From Myxococcaceae bacterium (GTDB lineage: Bacteria; Myxococcota_A; Polyangia; Polyangiales; Ga0077539), in contig JAQBQI010000496.1 in assembly GCA_028287085.1 (NCBI GenBank), positions 1 to 42,784 on the forward strand: a stretch of DNA of 42,784 nucleotides, given 5' to 3'. Shown piece by piece: positions 27,640 through 38,091 of this stretch. The notes beneath the pieces are model-generated. The model was given only the letters and a program-made list of their open reading frames with translations. It did no database searches and was not told the DNA's origin. Numbering within the stretch: the stretch's first letter is position 1; the number at the start of each line of letters is the position of its first letter. The translations under genes were made by a program, and so were the position numbers.

Positions 27640-30600
27640 TTACAAATCCCCAAGGTTGTGAGCGAGAAGAACCTTCGCTGACTCAATCGGGTGGACGTAG
27701 CCGAGCGCGAAGTTGCCCACTTCCACCAGGCGAATGGCCAATCTGGAGACGAGCAGGGGGGCGGTGACCACGAAGTTGTTGTTCACCTGGAAGCAGGAGA
27801 GCGCCCCGGGGTGGTATGTGGGATTGCCGATGAACATCTGGGAGCTGGAGTTGTTGTTCACCTGGAGCACGGTGGATATTTCAGTGGCGGGCGGGGTGGG
27901 GGGAAGGCTCGTGCTAAAAACGGCCGGATCGACGCTTGTATCACCATAATCATCCGCCGTGATCGAATAGGGCGGGATCAAAGGCGTGGTAGCTCCTGAG
28001 ATCGGCAAGAACGCGGGCAGGAGCAGGATATTTCGCGCGCGGTTTCCCTGAACCTGGCATGAGGCAACGATGTTGTACGCGGTCAGGTTGGGGAGGTCAT
28101 TGTCGGCGACGTTCATGTTGGTGCACATGTCCAACTCGACATAGCCCACTCCCAGGATCCGGTTGCCACGGATCGAGCCGTTGACGCAAAGCCTGATGAG
28201 GACGTCCCCGGAGCCAACCGTGTTACCGAAGAAATTGATCGTGCCGAGATCGTACGAGATCAGGGCGTTGGGGCAGTCGATCACGTTGTTTCGTACCTCG
28301 AGCTGTATGGGGCGGACGTTGGCCCGTACCGCGATGGCCACAGCGGGCCTCGATGCCGTGATGTCCAAGGGCGCCGACTGGATGCTGACGTCGATCGAAT
28401 TACCGGCGATTGACATGAGCGGGGGCGCGTGTTCTGCGCTGCTCACCACGCCACAGTCCCACGCGACGATGCCGGCGTGCATGGGGAAGGGCGCCGATGA
28501 CATCGCGCTCGGTACGAGGAACGGGCGCAGGCTGATCGTGTTGTTTCGCACCATCCATCCGGGCCCTCTCACCAGGATGCCGACCATCCCGTTCTGGATC
28601 TCGTTGTTGTCGATTGCGCCGACGTACGACCCGTCTGCGGTCGGTGTGTCGACCAGGTCGGCCGGGTCGACCAGCGTGCAGAGCACGGAAACGTCCGAGG
28701 CCACGCCCTCGGATGGGGGCAGGAAACGGTTACGATTGATCGTGACCCGGTCCAGTCTGCCGAGGCGCTCGGGCGGGAGCGCGGTCCCGTGGGAGAAGCG
28801 CGCTGTCCGGAGTGCACCGGCGGCAGGCGTTACGATGCTGGGGAGCACGTTCATCATCGCCGCCTCATCCGCCTCTGGTGCGGGGCCGATCTGGACCGTC
28901 GCGTACAGCCTCTCGTCGCTCGTCGCCGAATGGCGAGTCGCGGTGAAGGTGTTGTCGATCACCTGGAGGTCCGAGACGTCCCCGTACGTTCCTCCAAAGA
29001 TCGGGTTGGCTCCCAGGTTGGGCTGGGCGCCCACGAGGATGGCCCGGGAGGCCAACAGGTTGCAGGCGCGGACGGTGAGGCCATCAACGGTCCGCGCGAC
29101 GTAGACGCCGAATGAGCGTGCCCGGATGCTCTCTCCATCCACGACGACGCCGCGGTTCGCGAGGGGGCTGCGGGTCGCGCTCTTCGCGCGGATCGCTTGA
29201 TAAACGTTGTAGGTGTTGCGCGCGAAGGAGGTGTCGGTGACGCTGTTGCACCAGAAGGCGATCTCGCCGCGGAAGTTCGACTCGCGGAGGGTAAGGTCCT
29301 CCACCTCGTTCGCCAGCAGGCAGCGGCCGGTCAGGACTTGTCCCCAAGGGCTCTTCATGCTTGTGCTGGCCGCCGTATGGACGACCGCCGCCGCCTCTCG
29401 AGACGTCCGTGCGTCGATCACTCCCGACAGGGCGCTCGTGACATCGCTATACACGGTAGCGAAGGTGCATCCGCTCAACTCGATGCCTTCCAGGCGGCGG
29501 GCCTGCAACGCGACTTCGTTGATCGCGAAGGTCGTCCCGGTCATCCGCGAGTATCTCAGCTGGTTGACGACTACCCCGCACTGCGCCACGATCGAACAGT
29601 TCTCCAGGTCGAGGGTGGCAACCTGCAGCGGGGACGCCGCGTCGGTGCCACCCGACGAGGTGAGCAAGGGCACTTCGTCCAACGTCGTGCTGAAGGTCGC
29701 CGGGAGGTAGGTGCCCGCCTGGATCGCGACCGCGTTGGTGTCGGTAGTCAGGTGCAGCAACACCGAGTCGCGCATGCGCAGCGTTGGGTAGCGATCCGTG
29801 ATCAACGCTATCGCGTTGAAACGTACGATGGGTGCCGAACTGCTGGTGCGCTTGAACGTCAGGTTGCGCAGCATCAGCTCCGAGTTGCCGTCGATCGTGA
29901 ACGCAGGGGCGCTCCCGCCACACAGCAGTAGCGCCCCGATGCAGCCGCGGATCTCCACGTTGCGCCCCGTGATCGCGATCGTGCTGTCCAGCCGGTAGAC
30001 TCCTGGGCGCAGGCACAGCACGCCGCCGTCGCGCAGCGGCCCCGTGAGCGCCTGTCTGATGCGCACCGCGTCGTCGCCCGACTCGCGCGGCCCGAGCTCC
30101 ACCGCGCAGCAGCCGCGCTGGAAGAGTTCGTCGAGCGCCTCCTGCACGGTGTCGGCGCTCGTGCCCACGACATCGCCGTCGTACGCGATGTCGTCGGCCT
30201 CGAGGTCGCGCAGCCCGTGGAAGCGGTGGTCGTACCAGTGCCGGATCTTCAGCGGGGACTCGGCGTTCACGTGCTCCACCCGCGCGAGGGGCGCGAACAG
30301 CCGCTCGGGTCCGTGCGGGAGACGCGCGTCCGCCCACGAAGGGTTGGCGTTGCTCGCGCCGACGCGCGCCTCGTACTCCCACCAGTCGCCGGGGTGGAAG
30401 TTGCTGCCCGAAAGTTTGAACGAGATCCCGTCGTCGAGGTCGAACGACGTGACCGGCGCGCCGGCGCTCGTCGGCGTGATCGCGGTGCGTTGCAGCCCGT
30501 CCCACCGGCGGAGCTTCTTCCCGGGCAACCCGCGAAGTTCCGTGGACATCGCGGCGGGCAGGAGCGTGCCGGGGTTGAGCAGGGCGTACGTTTGCGGCTG

Positions 30601-31992
30601 GCCGGCGGCCCTCACCACGAACAGCTCGCCGCGCGCGCGGTGGGGCGCGAGGAACCGCTCGGAGCCCGCCGCGACGTTGACCGTGGCGATGGTGGCGTCC
30701 CAGAGCGCCTCGTGGTCGGTCAGGAGCTCGACGAGGTCGCCGTCGCGCAGCGCGAGGTCTTGCCTGAGCGTCACCGTGTCGGAGGAGCCGGTCGACGTGA
30801 GGCTCGCGACCTCGACGAGGTCGGCGCCGTTGTTCTTGGACCACTTGATCGTGACGGCGCCGAGGTTGCCACCCTCGTGCACCTCGAAGCGGTACAGGCG
30901 GTGGTCGGCGCCCGTGTACCCCCCGGAGGGGGGCACCGCGCAGGGGTCGGTGTTGTCCGCCGGGCTGCTCGTGGTCACCCGCAGCAGCCCTTCCCCCGCG
31001 CGCACGTCGCGGAACGCCTGCTCGACCGCCGCGTCGAGGGTGGTGGGGGCGGTGGGCGATCCAGTGATGTTCGCCAGCTTCACCCGGCCGAGCGCCCGCG
31101 TCCGCACCGTCGTGTCGAGCGCGCCGCCGAGCGCCCGCTCGCGCAGGCCCGGCTCCTCCACCGCCGTGACGAGCTGCTCGGACGCTTCGAGGTACGCGAT
31201 GAGCTGCGTCGTGGTGGTCGTGGAGGTCGTGACCGGCGGCATCAACGGCGGGACGGTGATCCCTTCGAGCGTGAACAACCCGTCCTGGAACCGCGCGTCC
31301 GCCTTCTGTTCGACGGCGAGACCGTCGACGTAGTAGCGCCCGCGCGAGATCCAGAACTGCTTCGCCGAGCCGGTCTCCTGGTACCCTTCCATCAGGGCGA
31401 TCCACGCGCGGCCGCTGGTGAGCGAGAGACGGACCGTGCCGTACTCCGCGACCGCCGGCGGCATGAGGCTCCACCGCTCGAACGACGTCCCGTCCGCGGC
31501 GAGGAACGACGAGGTGCCCGGGCCGTCGTCCCCGAAGGAGACGGAGAAGACGCCGCCGCCCGGCGCGTGCGCCAGCATCTGCAGCCGCGCCTCCTCCGGC
31601 ACAGCGAGCCGGAACGGGCGTCGGCTCTTGATCACCACCGAGCCGGGGCCCTGCGTGGCGTCGAGGCAGAGGGAGGGATAGCGATCAAGCAGCTTCATCC
31701 CGTGGTCGCGGTAGAAGCGGAAGTCCTCGTGCGGGGACGGGCCGAGCGTCACCTGGTCGAGCGAGTCGAACAGCGCGAACAGCGGCCCCGCCGTGACGAT
31801 GTACCCGCCGTCGGGGCTGCCCGAGAGGCCCCCCATGTCCGCCGCGACGTCGCGGACGGTCCGGTCGGCCGCGTCGACGCTCGCCGCGACGTCGCTGTCG
31901 AGCACGACACGCCCCTGCTGCAAGAGCACGCGGCGGTACCGCTCGCCGCGCTTGTGATCGGGCCTGTATCCGCGAGAAAAATCAGCCTTCAT
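27640..31992 (-). CDS. DUF6519-domain protein with a C-terminal parallel beta-helix (eCIS fibre/receptor-binding candidate)
   Basis: N-terminus MKADFSR...YRRVLLQQGRVVLDSD; GYTGADHRLYRFEVH, KWSKNNG, PGDWW; CLRPGVYRL followed by I.NN.I beta-helix repeats; GAAGGAG RBS. Confidence 0.9.
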   Translation of the reverse strand: MKADFSRGYRPDHKRGERYRRVLLQQGRVVLDSDVAASVDAADRTVRDVAADMGGLSGSPDGGYIVTAGPLFALFDSLDQVTLGPSPHEDFRFYRDHGMKLLDRYPSLCLDATQGPGSVVIKSRRPFRLAVPEEARLQMLAHAPGGGVFSVSFGDDGPGTSSFLAADGTSFERWSLMPPAVAEYGTVRLSLTSGRAWIALMEGYQETGSAKQFWISRGRYYVDGLAVEQKADARFQDGLFTLEGITVPPLMPPVTTSTTTTTQLIAYLEASEQLVTAVEEPGLRERALGGALDTTVRTRALGRVKLANITGSPTAPTTLDAAVEQAFRDVRAGEGLLRVTTSSPADNTDPCAVPPSGGYTGADHRLYRFEVHEGGNLGAVTIKWSKNNGADLVEVASLTSTGSSDTVTLRQDLALRDGDLVELLTDHEALWDATIATVNVAAGSERFLAPHRARGELFVVRAAGQPQTYALLNPGTLLPAAMSTELRGLPGKKLRRWDGLQRTAITPTSAGAPVTSFDLDDGISFKLSGSNFHPGDWWEYEARVGASNANPSWADARLPHGPERLFAPLARVEHVNAESPLKIRHWYDHRFHGLRDLEADDIAYDGDVVGTSADTVQEALDELFQRGCCAVELGPRESGDDAVRIRQALTGPLRDGGVLCLRPGVYRLDSTIAITGRNVEIRGCIGALLLCGGSAPAFTIDGNSELMLRNLTFKRTSSSAPIVRFNAIALITDRYPTLRMRDSVLLHLTTDTNAVAIQAGTYLPATFSTTLDEVPLLTSSGGTDAASPLQVATLDLENCSIVAQCGVVVNQLRYSRMTGTTFAINEVALQARRLEGIELSGCTFATVYSDVTSALSGVIDARTSREAAAVVHTAASTSMKSPWGQVLTGRCLLANEVEDLTLRESNFRGEIAFWCNSVTDTSFARNTYNVYQAIRAKSATRSPLANRGVVVDGESIRARSFGVYVARTVDGLTVRACNLLASRAILVGAQPNLGANPIFGGTYGDVSDLQVIDNTFTATRHSATSDERLYATVQIGPAPEADEAAMMNVLPSIVTPAAGALRTARFSHGTALPPERLGRLDRVTINRNRFLPPSEGVASDVSVLCTLVDPADLVDTPTADGSYVGAIDNNEIQNGMVGILVRGPGWMVRNNTISLRPFLVPSAMSSAPFPMHAGIVAWDCGVVSSAEHAPPLMSIAGNSIDVSIQSAPLDITASRPAVAIAVRANVRPIQLEVRNNVIDCPNALISYDLGTINFFGNTVGSGDVLIRLCVNGSIRGNRILGVGYVELDMCTNMNVADNDLPNLTAYNIVASCQVQGNRARNILLLPAFLPISGATTPLIPPYSITADDYGDTSVDPAVFSTSLPPTPPATEISTVLQVNNNSSSQMFIGNPTYHPGALSCFQVNNNFVVTAPLLVSRLAIRLVEVGNFALGYVHPIESAKVLLAHNLGDL

Positions 31993-32005
31993 GTCAGTGT
32001 CTCCT

Positions 32006-35000
32006 TCAGTCCTGTCGAATGACGCCAGTGATCAGCCCCGCGGGCGTGAATTCCATGAGCCGTCGCAGCAAGCCCTCGGCGCGCCGCGTGAGTCCCGTGT
32101 CGTGAAAGGCCCCGATCTCCCCGCCGTCCTCGGCCCCGTGGAGGATCGCCTCGGGCGCGTCGGTGGCGAGGCGCAGGTGCGCGGCGTCGACGAAGTCGAG
32201 TGAGGCGAAGCGAGGCGGCGCCTCGGTCACCCGGAAGCGCCGCGGAGTCAGGCTCCCGGGCGCGACGCGCGAGTAGCGCACGCACCCCGAGAAGCGGTCC
32301 GTGATCTCGATCGGGTGCGTGAAGAGCACTTCCGAGGCCTCGAGCACCTTCGCCCGCACGCACTCGTCCGCGCCCCCCTCGCCCTTCGACACCGTGCACC
32401 GATCGAGTTCCACGCGCCACGCGGGCGCGTTGATCGTGATCCCGAGCCCTTCCACGGTCGACGCGTGCAGCACCGACCGGTCGATCTTCGCCATACCCGC
32501 GGATTGGAGCGTGATGCCGCCGAGGTGGCAGCGCGAGATCACGACCTCGCTGGGGACGTCGTCGCGTGGGTTGAGGATCCACCGGCAGCCCGCGCGCGCC
32601 GACGAGCAGAACTGCACCGTCGTCCGCGTCGCCTGCGGCGTCTCGACGGCGTTCATGTCGAAGGAGAGCCCCAGCAGGATTAGCTCTTCGTAAACCTGGG
32701 TGGGCCACGTCATGGATCCGTTGATGCGGATGACCGGGCGCTCGGACTCCGCAGCTTGCACGGTGAGCGAGTTCACCCCGCTGGGCCACGCGACGGACGA
32801 CGCCTCGTAGTAGGTCGCGCTGTCGTCGAACTCGACGACCTCGACGACCTTGACGACCGGGCCCTCGGGGGTCGGGAAGGATTCCGTGTGGGGACTCGCC
32901 GTGATGGCCGCGAAGGCGTCGGAGAGCGTCGCGTACTCGGGCGGCTGGGTGGAGCCCGACGGCCCGCTCTGGCGGGTCCTCCCCGTCGAGGACACGATGC
33001 GCGTGGGCATCCGCACCCAGGTGTCGAGCTCGGGGCCGCGCGCGTCGCTGCGCGCGCCGATGTGGTCGGTGAAGCCGTCCTGATAGTTGACGGTCACGGG
33101 CGCCGCGGGGGGCCACGCTGTGCCCGGCGTGAGGTAGTTCGGCACCGCGTCGTCCAGCGACATCGCGAAGAGCCCGTGCTCCGCATCGACGTCGAGCCGG
33201 CCCGATTCCGTGGCATCAAGCTGCACGCCCGCCGTCTCGTTGCGCCACGCGCACAGCCGCCGCCCGCGCACCTCGCGCCTGCGCACGGTCGCAGGTCCCG
33301 GAAGCGGGATCACGGGGCCCAGCGCGTAGCGCCCGCCTTTGTCCTCGCCTTCGCCTGCGGCCTCGCCCTCGCCTTCGTCCCCGCCTCCGATGCCGCGCGT
33401 GGAGCCGTCGCGCATCACCTGGAAGGCTTCACTCACGGCGTCCGCCTCGGACGGGAACATGAAGCTCTCCGGCCGATCGAACGAAGTTAGCTCGGGCACG
33501 CAGAGGAGCACCGCCTGGCCGTGGGCGTCGGTGAACGCCAGCTCGCACGGGGGCAGAACGATGCCGGCCGTTTCGCACTCCAGCCAGAGCGCGCACGCGC
33601 CGCTCCCCTGGGCCGCGATGTTCTTCCATCGTTCGAGCACCTCATTTCGGTCCGTGATCTCCTCGCCCTCCGCGTCGAGCACCTCCCACGTCGCGGTCGT
33701 CACAGGGTCCGCCGCGGCGTTCCACGAGAGGCTCATGAAGGTCTCCGGGACCCTGCCTTCCGGATCCGCACGGGCGAACACCAACCGCATCAGCCCTTCG
33801 GCCTGAACCCCGGTCTCGTCGACGAGCGCCCGGGCGGCGTGCACGAACGCTGGCCCCTGGCCCAGCGGGGGCGGGAGGGCCGTCATCGGCTCGTAGGTGC
33901 TCTGCGAGAGCGTGGGCGGCCACGCGGGCCCCGGCCCGATCGCGCGGACGGGGTTCGGCAACGACACCACGCCCCCCGCCCGGATCACTGCCGCGTTGAC
34001 GGCGTGCCCCGAGGACCCCGGCTCGTTCGCGTTCTGGGCGTCGTAGAGCGAGCCGTCGGCGGCCATGTAGAACCAGCGCTCCTCCCACACCCACGTCGCG
34101 GGCACCTCGACGTGCAGCGCGCCGTGCAGGAAGCCCATCCGGGCGAGTTGGGGGTCTTCGCTCGCCCGCCGCGCGTCGCTCGTCGTGCCCGTCACCGCGA
34201 GGAACGCGCCCGGGAAGTACGCGGCGCCGGCGCCCACCGCGGGGCGCAGGCGGACCATCGCCACCGCCTCGACCGAGCTCGTCGGATTCGCGCCCGCGAT
34301 CGACTCCGGGGCCGCGGCACGGACGCGGACGCCGCCGAGCATTTCCGCCAGCGCGACGTCGGGCTCGTTCGGCGCGCTGGCCTTGAACGGGACGCGGCAC
34401 ACCGTCACCTCGACCGGATGCCCCAGGGCGCCCTCGCCGCGGCGCAGGAGGTCAACGTTGACGCGGGCGCTGTACAGGGACCTGCTCGCGGGGCGCGGCG
34501 AGGGCGCCCCGGGCATGGGCTGCGACGACGCGACGGCGGCCGGCAGCCCGAGGATGCGGACGGAGAACTTCGCCGAAGGCCCGCTTCTGTCATCGAAGTA
34601 GCGCTCGGGGTGCGCGGCGAAGAGCGACGCGGGCACGCGGTCGGTGGGCGCCTCGTACGCCGCGACGGGGTTCCCGGAAACCGCGAAGGGTGGCAGCACG
34701 GGGGCGTAGTCGGCGCGAACGCGGAGGGGCGCCTCGGCGCCCGCGGGGTGGAAGGCGTAGCGCCGGGAGAGGGCCGGGAGGCCGGAGATCTGGGGCCCCG
34801 GCCCGGGGGTGCCGCGGCGCACGGGGAACATCGTCGTAGCGTGCGTCCAGTGGGTGACGTGCTTCGGGTGGTAGCGCCCGGTGGTGGCCGTCGGCCGGCG
34901 CGCGTCGAGCGCGTGGAAGGCCGCGTCGTAGGGCCCCGCGCACGTGTCCGCGAGCTCCGGGCTGCGCACGTCGCACGCCCCTCGCTCGGGGCGCAGGAGG

Positions 35001-35569
35001 TTCAGGTCCTGCGACACGAGGAGACGGCTCCAGCCCTCCTGCGTCACCACCCGCCGGTGCAGGAGCGCGGACGCCATGTCCTCGAGCATCGAGCGGGTGC
35101 CCTTGCGGCGCCGCCACGCGACCGTGCCGCGCAGGTCGGCGCGGTCGTCGTCGGCGTCCTTGAACACCAGCCGCGACCCCACCTGCCCTGCGAGGAGCGG
35201 GAGCATCGCGTCGCCGGACCGGTCGACGAACAGGTCGGCGTGCAGCTCGTCGACGTTCTGGCGCAGCACCGCGAACGGTGCGGCCAGCACGCGCAGGAGC
35301 CGGTAGAGGTCCGCCGTGCCCCGAGGGAGGTGCTCCGGCATCTCCTGCGGGGTCGCGTCGTCGGCGAGCTCGTGCAGGTCGCGCAGGAAGCGTGCCTGGA
35401 TGTTCGCCAGGCTGAAGATGTTCCCCGTCGAGTCTTCGCGCGGCACCGACGGACCCAGGTCCTTGACACGGTAGAGCGCGGGCAGGAGCCGGTAGAGCAG
35501 CCGTGCCACCGCGCGGTGGACGTGGGGGTCGTACGGGTAGCGGGAAGCGTACGGGTCGCTCGGGTTCAT
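32006..35569 (-). CDS. eCIS phage-tail (P2 gpI-like) baseplate wedge protein
   Basis: LYRLLPALYRVKD, DLFVD, AWRRRKGT, GCVRYS, GAEDGGEIGAF, EFTPAG; ATG 35569 overlaps the upstream stop. Confidence 0.85.
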   Translation of the reverse strand: MNPSDPYASRYPYDPHVHRAVARLLYRLLPALYRVKDLGPSVPREDSTGNIFSLANIQARFLRDLHELADDATPQEMPEHLPRGTADLYRLLRVLAAPFAVLRQNVDELHADLFVDRSGDAMLPLLAGQVGSRLVFKDADDDRADLRGTVAWRRRKGTRSMLEDMASALLHRRVVTQEGWSRLLVSQDLNLLRPERGACDVRSPELADTCAGPYDAAFHALDARRPTATTGRYHPKHVTHWTHATTMFPVRRGTPGPGPQISGLPALSRRYAFHPAGAEAPLRVRADYAPVLPPFAVSGNPVAAYEAPTDRVPASLFAAHPERYFDDRSGPSAKFSVRILGLPAAVASSQPMPGAPSPRPASRSLYSARVNVDLLRRGEGALGHPVEVTVCRVPFKASAPNEPDVALAEMLGGVRVRAAAPESIAGANPTSSVEAVAMVRLRPAVGAGAAYFPGAFLAVTGTTSDARRASEDPQLARMGFLHGALHVEVPATWVWEERWFYMAADGSLYDAQNANEPGSSGHAVNAAVIRAGGVVSLPNPVRAIGPGPAWPPTLSQSTYEPMTALPPPLGQGPAFVHAARALVDETGVQAEGLMRLVFARADPEGRVPETFMSLSWNAAADPVTTATWEVLDAEGEEITDRNEVLERWKNIAAQGSGACALWLECETAGIVLPPCELAFTDAHGQAVLLCVPELTSFDRPESFMFPSEADAVSEAFQVMRDGSTRGIGGGDEGEGEAAGEGEDKGGRYALGPVIPLPGPATVRRREVRGRRLCAWRNETAGVQLDATESGRLDVDAEHGLFAMSLDDAVPNYLTPGTAWPPAAPVTVNYQDGFTDHIGARSDARGPELDTWVRMPTRIVSSTGRTRQSGPSGSTQPPEYATLSDAFAAITASPHTESFPTPEGPVVKVVEVVEFDDSATYYEASSVAWPSGVNSLTVQAAESERPVIRINGSMTWPTQVYEELILLGLSFDMNAVETPQATRTTVQFCSSARAGCRWILNPRDDVPSEVVISRCHLGGITLQSAGMAKIDRSVLHASTVEGLGITINAPAWRVELDRCTVSKGEGGADECVRAKVLEASEVLFTHPIEITDRFSGCVRYSRVAPGSLTPRRFRVTEAPPRFASLDFVDAAHLRLATDAPEAILHGAEDGGEIGAFHDTGLTRRAEGLLRRLMEFTPAGLITGVIRQD

Positions 35570-38091
35570 CAGGGGTTCTCCTGCGTGTCGAGGGTCAGGT
35601 TCGCGGGGTCGAGCGAGAGCCACTCGTCGGGGCGCGCGGCGATGGCTCCCCGAACGCGCTCGGCCTCCGGGGCAATGGGATCGGGCGACAGGCGCACTAC
35701 CCTCACGGTGGTCACGCCGGGCAATGCCTCCAGGCGCTCGTGCAGCTCGCTGAGGAACGCCGGCTGTCCCAGCTCGCGGCCGGCGAACGTGAACATCCCG
35801 GGCGCCTCGGCGCGCCGCCCGTGGAGCTCGTCACCGACCGCTTTCTTCACCAGGTCGGGCTCGGCGGCGTCGTCGATGCCGAGCTTGATCTCAACGTAGA
35901 TCGGCACGGCCGATGGCCCGGTCACCTCCATCGGGATGGACGTATCGCGCCGCGCGTTCATGAACCGCCGGAAGCCGCTCCGCTCCAGGTCGAGGTCGGG
36001 CGGGTCGCCCTCGGCGTCGGCCACCACGAGCAGCACGCCTTCGACCCCTTGCTGCGGGAGCACCGTCCAGGTCGCGCGCGCCTTCGCCACGGCCGGAAAG
36101 CGTAGGGCGAGGTCGGCGTGGTCGGCGGCGGACACCGCGCGGTCGAAGGTGCGCAGGTACTGCGTCGCGTTCGCCCGCACGTCCTCGGACTGTGCAGCGT
36201 CCACCCCTCCCCTGATCGCACGGGGGTTGGAGGCGCTCTCGACGAGCGGGTGGCTCTTGCGGATCTGCGACACGCCCCCGGCGGGGGCGTTGCCGGCCGC
36301 GCCTGCGCCCACGCGGTAGCGCGCGGTGACGTTCCGGCGCCCGGAGGGCGGCACGGCCCCGCGGATCCCGTCGCCGAACACGACTGCGAGCGCGCCGGCC
36401 TCGTCGCGCTGCACCACGTAGTGACGGTCGTGCGGGCCGGAGTCTTCGAAGTCGATCACGCGCTCCCAGCGGAGGTCGTCGACGCGCACCACTAGCGCGG
36501 GCTCTGCACCCTCGGCCGAGGGTAGGTACGTCACCGGCTTGTTCCGCAGCGTGAAGCGGAGGAAGCCGGTCACGCCGTCGGAGTCGCCGAGCGCCTCCGT
36601 GACCGTGCGGCCGTGCGAGACCGGCACCACGTTCGCGCACACCGTCAGCTCGTTCACGAGCCAGCCGCGGGGGTTCACGACGGGGTCGAGGACCCGCCAC
36701 GCGATGCGCGTGAAGGGGACCGGCGCCGTGACGATCTCGACCTGGGTGAGCCGCGCGATCTCGGGGGCAGACGGTGCGGCCTCGGCGGACGGCGCGGTGG
36801 AGAGCGCAACGAGCGTCCCGGCCGCGAGGCCGTCGTACGCCCCGGCGAGCTCGATCGCGCCGTTCGCCGGGGTCAGGTTCGGCCCCGTCCACGGCACCTC
36901 GATCCGCGTCTTCCAGCCGAGGAGCCAGACACTCGCGCGTGGGTCGTGCTGATCGCGTTCTGCCGCGTGGGGGGCCGCTGAGGGCGGGTAGAGCTTGAGG
37001 CTGGTCACCGTGCGGGTCATCGCGACGGTCTTCGTGGTGGGGATGACGGTGCCCGATACGGTCGTCGTCGGAGCACCGGCGACGGCGATCGTGAGCGTCG
37101 GCGTCGTGATGTGGTCGGTCGTGACCTTCTGGAAGGTCACCTGAACCGGCTGGGCGTTCAGCAGCTCAAACGCGGCGAGGGTGCCGTTGAAGAGGCGCAC
37201 CGCGGGCCCGGTCGCGTCGACCGCCCTCAGCTCGTCGCTGAGGTAGAGCCGGTTGGGGTCGTCGGGGGTCCACGTCGTGGTCACGTCGGCCGTGTTCGGC
37301 AGGTGCGTGAGTTCCGCGTTGGAGACGTCGGATGGGTCGAGGAGAACGCCGAAGAGGTGCGCCCGGGTCTTCGGCCGGGCGTAGAGCGTGACCGACCGGG
37401 TCGACGCCCAGGCGGGCAGCCCCGAGGTGGTCTTCAGGCGCGTGACCCGCCGCAGCGGGATCTCCCTCGCGTCGCTGACCGAGTCGGCGTGGAGCCTGCC
37501 CGACCCTGCGATCACGATCGGATCGCCCGGCGACAGACCCAACCCCAGCCCCGGCACGTCGAGGAAATCCGGGTGCGTGTCGCCCCACGTGACGTACGCG
37601 TCGCGCGGGACGAGGTCGTTGTGCGCGGGGTCGACCTCGACGTCCTCGAGGGTCTCGTAGTCCTGCGGGGCGCCGCCCTTCGTCGAGGTCGACGAGAGCC
37701 CGAACCCGGCCTCCACGCGACCCGCGGCGCCCTTCGCGACGAGGCGCACGTAGCCCGTCGCGGCCACGGCCGGGGCCGGCTCGTAGCCGAGGCGCCGGCC
37801 GTGCATCACCAGACTGCGCGGCGACCGGGCGGTGCTCAGGAACGCCTCGGTCGCGTAGCGGTCCTGGTAGAGCCCGAGCACGTGGCCGGCGAGTGCCGAC
37901 AGCTCCATGAGGGAGCCCGCGAAGTCGCCCTCGGCGTCGGGCTGCGACAGGCCGGGGAGCTCGTCGGCGAGGTCGCGCTGGAGCGCCACCAGGTCGGCGT
38001 GCTCCAGCGGCAGGTAGTCCATCGATCGCGCGTCGGCGTCGGGAGCGCCCGACGTCGACCGTTGTGCGCGCGGGCGCGGCGGGCGGCTCAT
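35569..38091 (-). CDS. Baseplate J/gp47-like eCIS baseplate assembly protein
   Basis: EAFLSTAR, LGYEPAP, ANVVPVSHGRTV, VFGDGIRGAVPPSG, YRVGAGAAGN, TFDRAVS. Confidence 0.9.
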   Translation of the reverse strand: MSRPPRPRAQRSTSGAPDADARSMDYLPLEHADLVALQRDLADELPGLSQPDAEGDFAGSLMELSALAGHVLGLYQDRYATEAFLSTARSPRSLVMHGRRLGYEPAPAVAATGYVRLVAKGAAGRVEAGFGLSSTSTKGGAPQDYETLEDVEVDPAHNDLVPRDAYVTWGDTHPDFLDVPGLGLGLSPGDPIVIAGSGRLHADSVSDAREIPLRRVTRLKTTSGLPAWASTRSVTLYARPKTRAHLFGVLLDPSDVSNAELTHLPNTADVTTTWTPDDPNRLYLSDELRAVDATGPAVRLFNGTLAAFELLNAQPVQVTFQKVTTDHITTPTLTIAVAGAPTTTVSGTVIPTTKTVAMTRTVTSLKLYPPSAAPHAAERDQHDPRASVWLLGWKTRIEVPWTGPNLTPANGAIELAGAYDGLAAGTLVALSTAPSAEAAPSAPEIARLTQVEIVTAPVPFTRIAWRVLDPVVNPRGWLVNELTVCANVVPVSHGRTVTEALGDSDGVTGFLRFTLRNKPVTYLPSAEGAEPALVVRVDDLRWERVIDFEDSGPHDRHYVVQRDEAGALAVVFGDGIRGAVPPSGRRNVTARYRVGAGAAGNAPAGGVSQIRKSHPLVESASNPRAIRGGVDAAQSEDVRANATQYLRTFDRAVSAADHADLALRFPAVAKARATWTVLPQQGVEGVLLVVADAEGDPPDLDLERSGFRRFMNARRDTSIPMEVTGPSAVPIYVEIKLGIDDAAEPDLVKKAVGDELHGRRAEAPGMFTFAGRELGQPAFLSELHERLEALPGVTTVRVVRLSPDPIAPEAERVRGAIAARPDEWLSLDPANLTLDTQENP

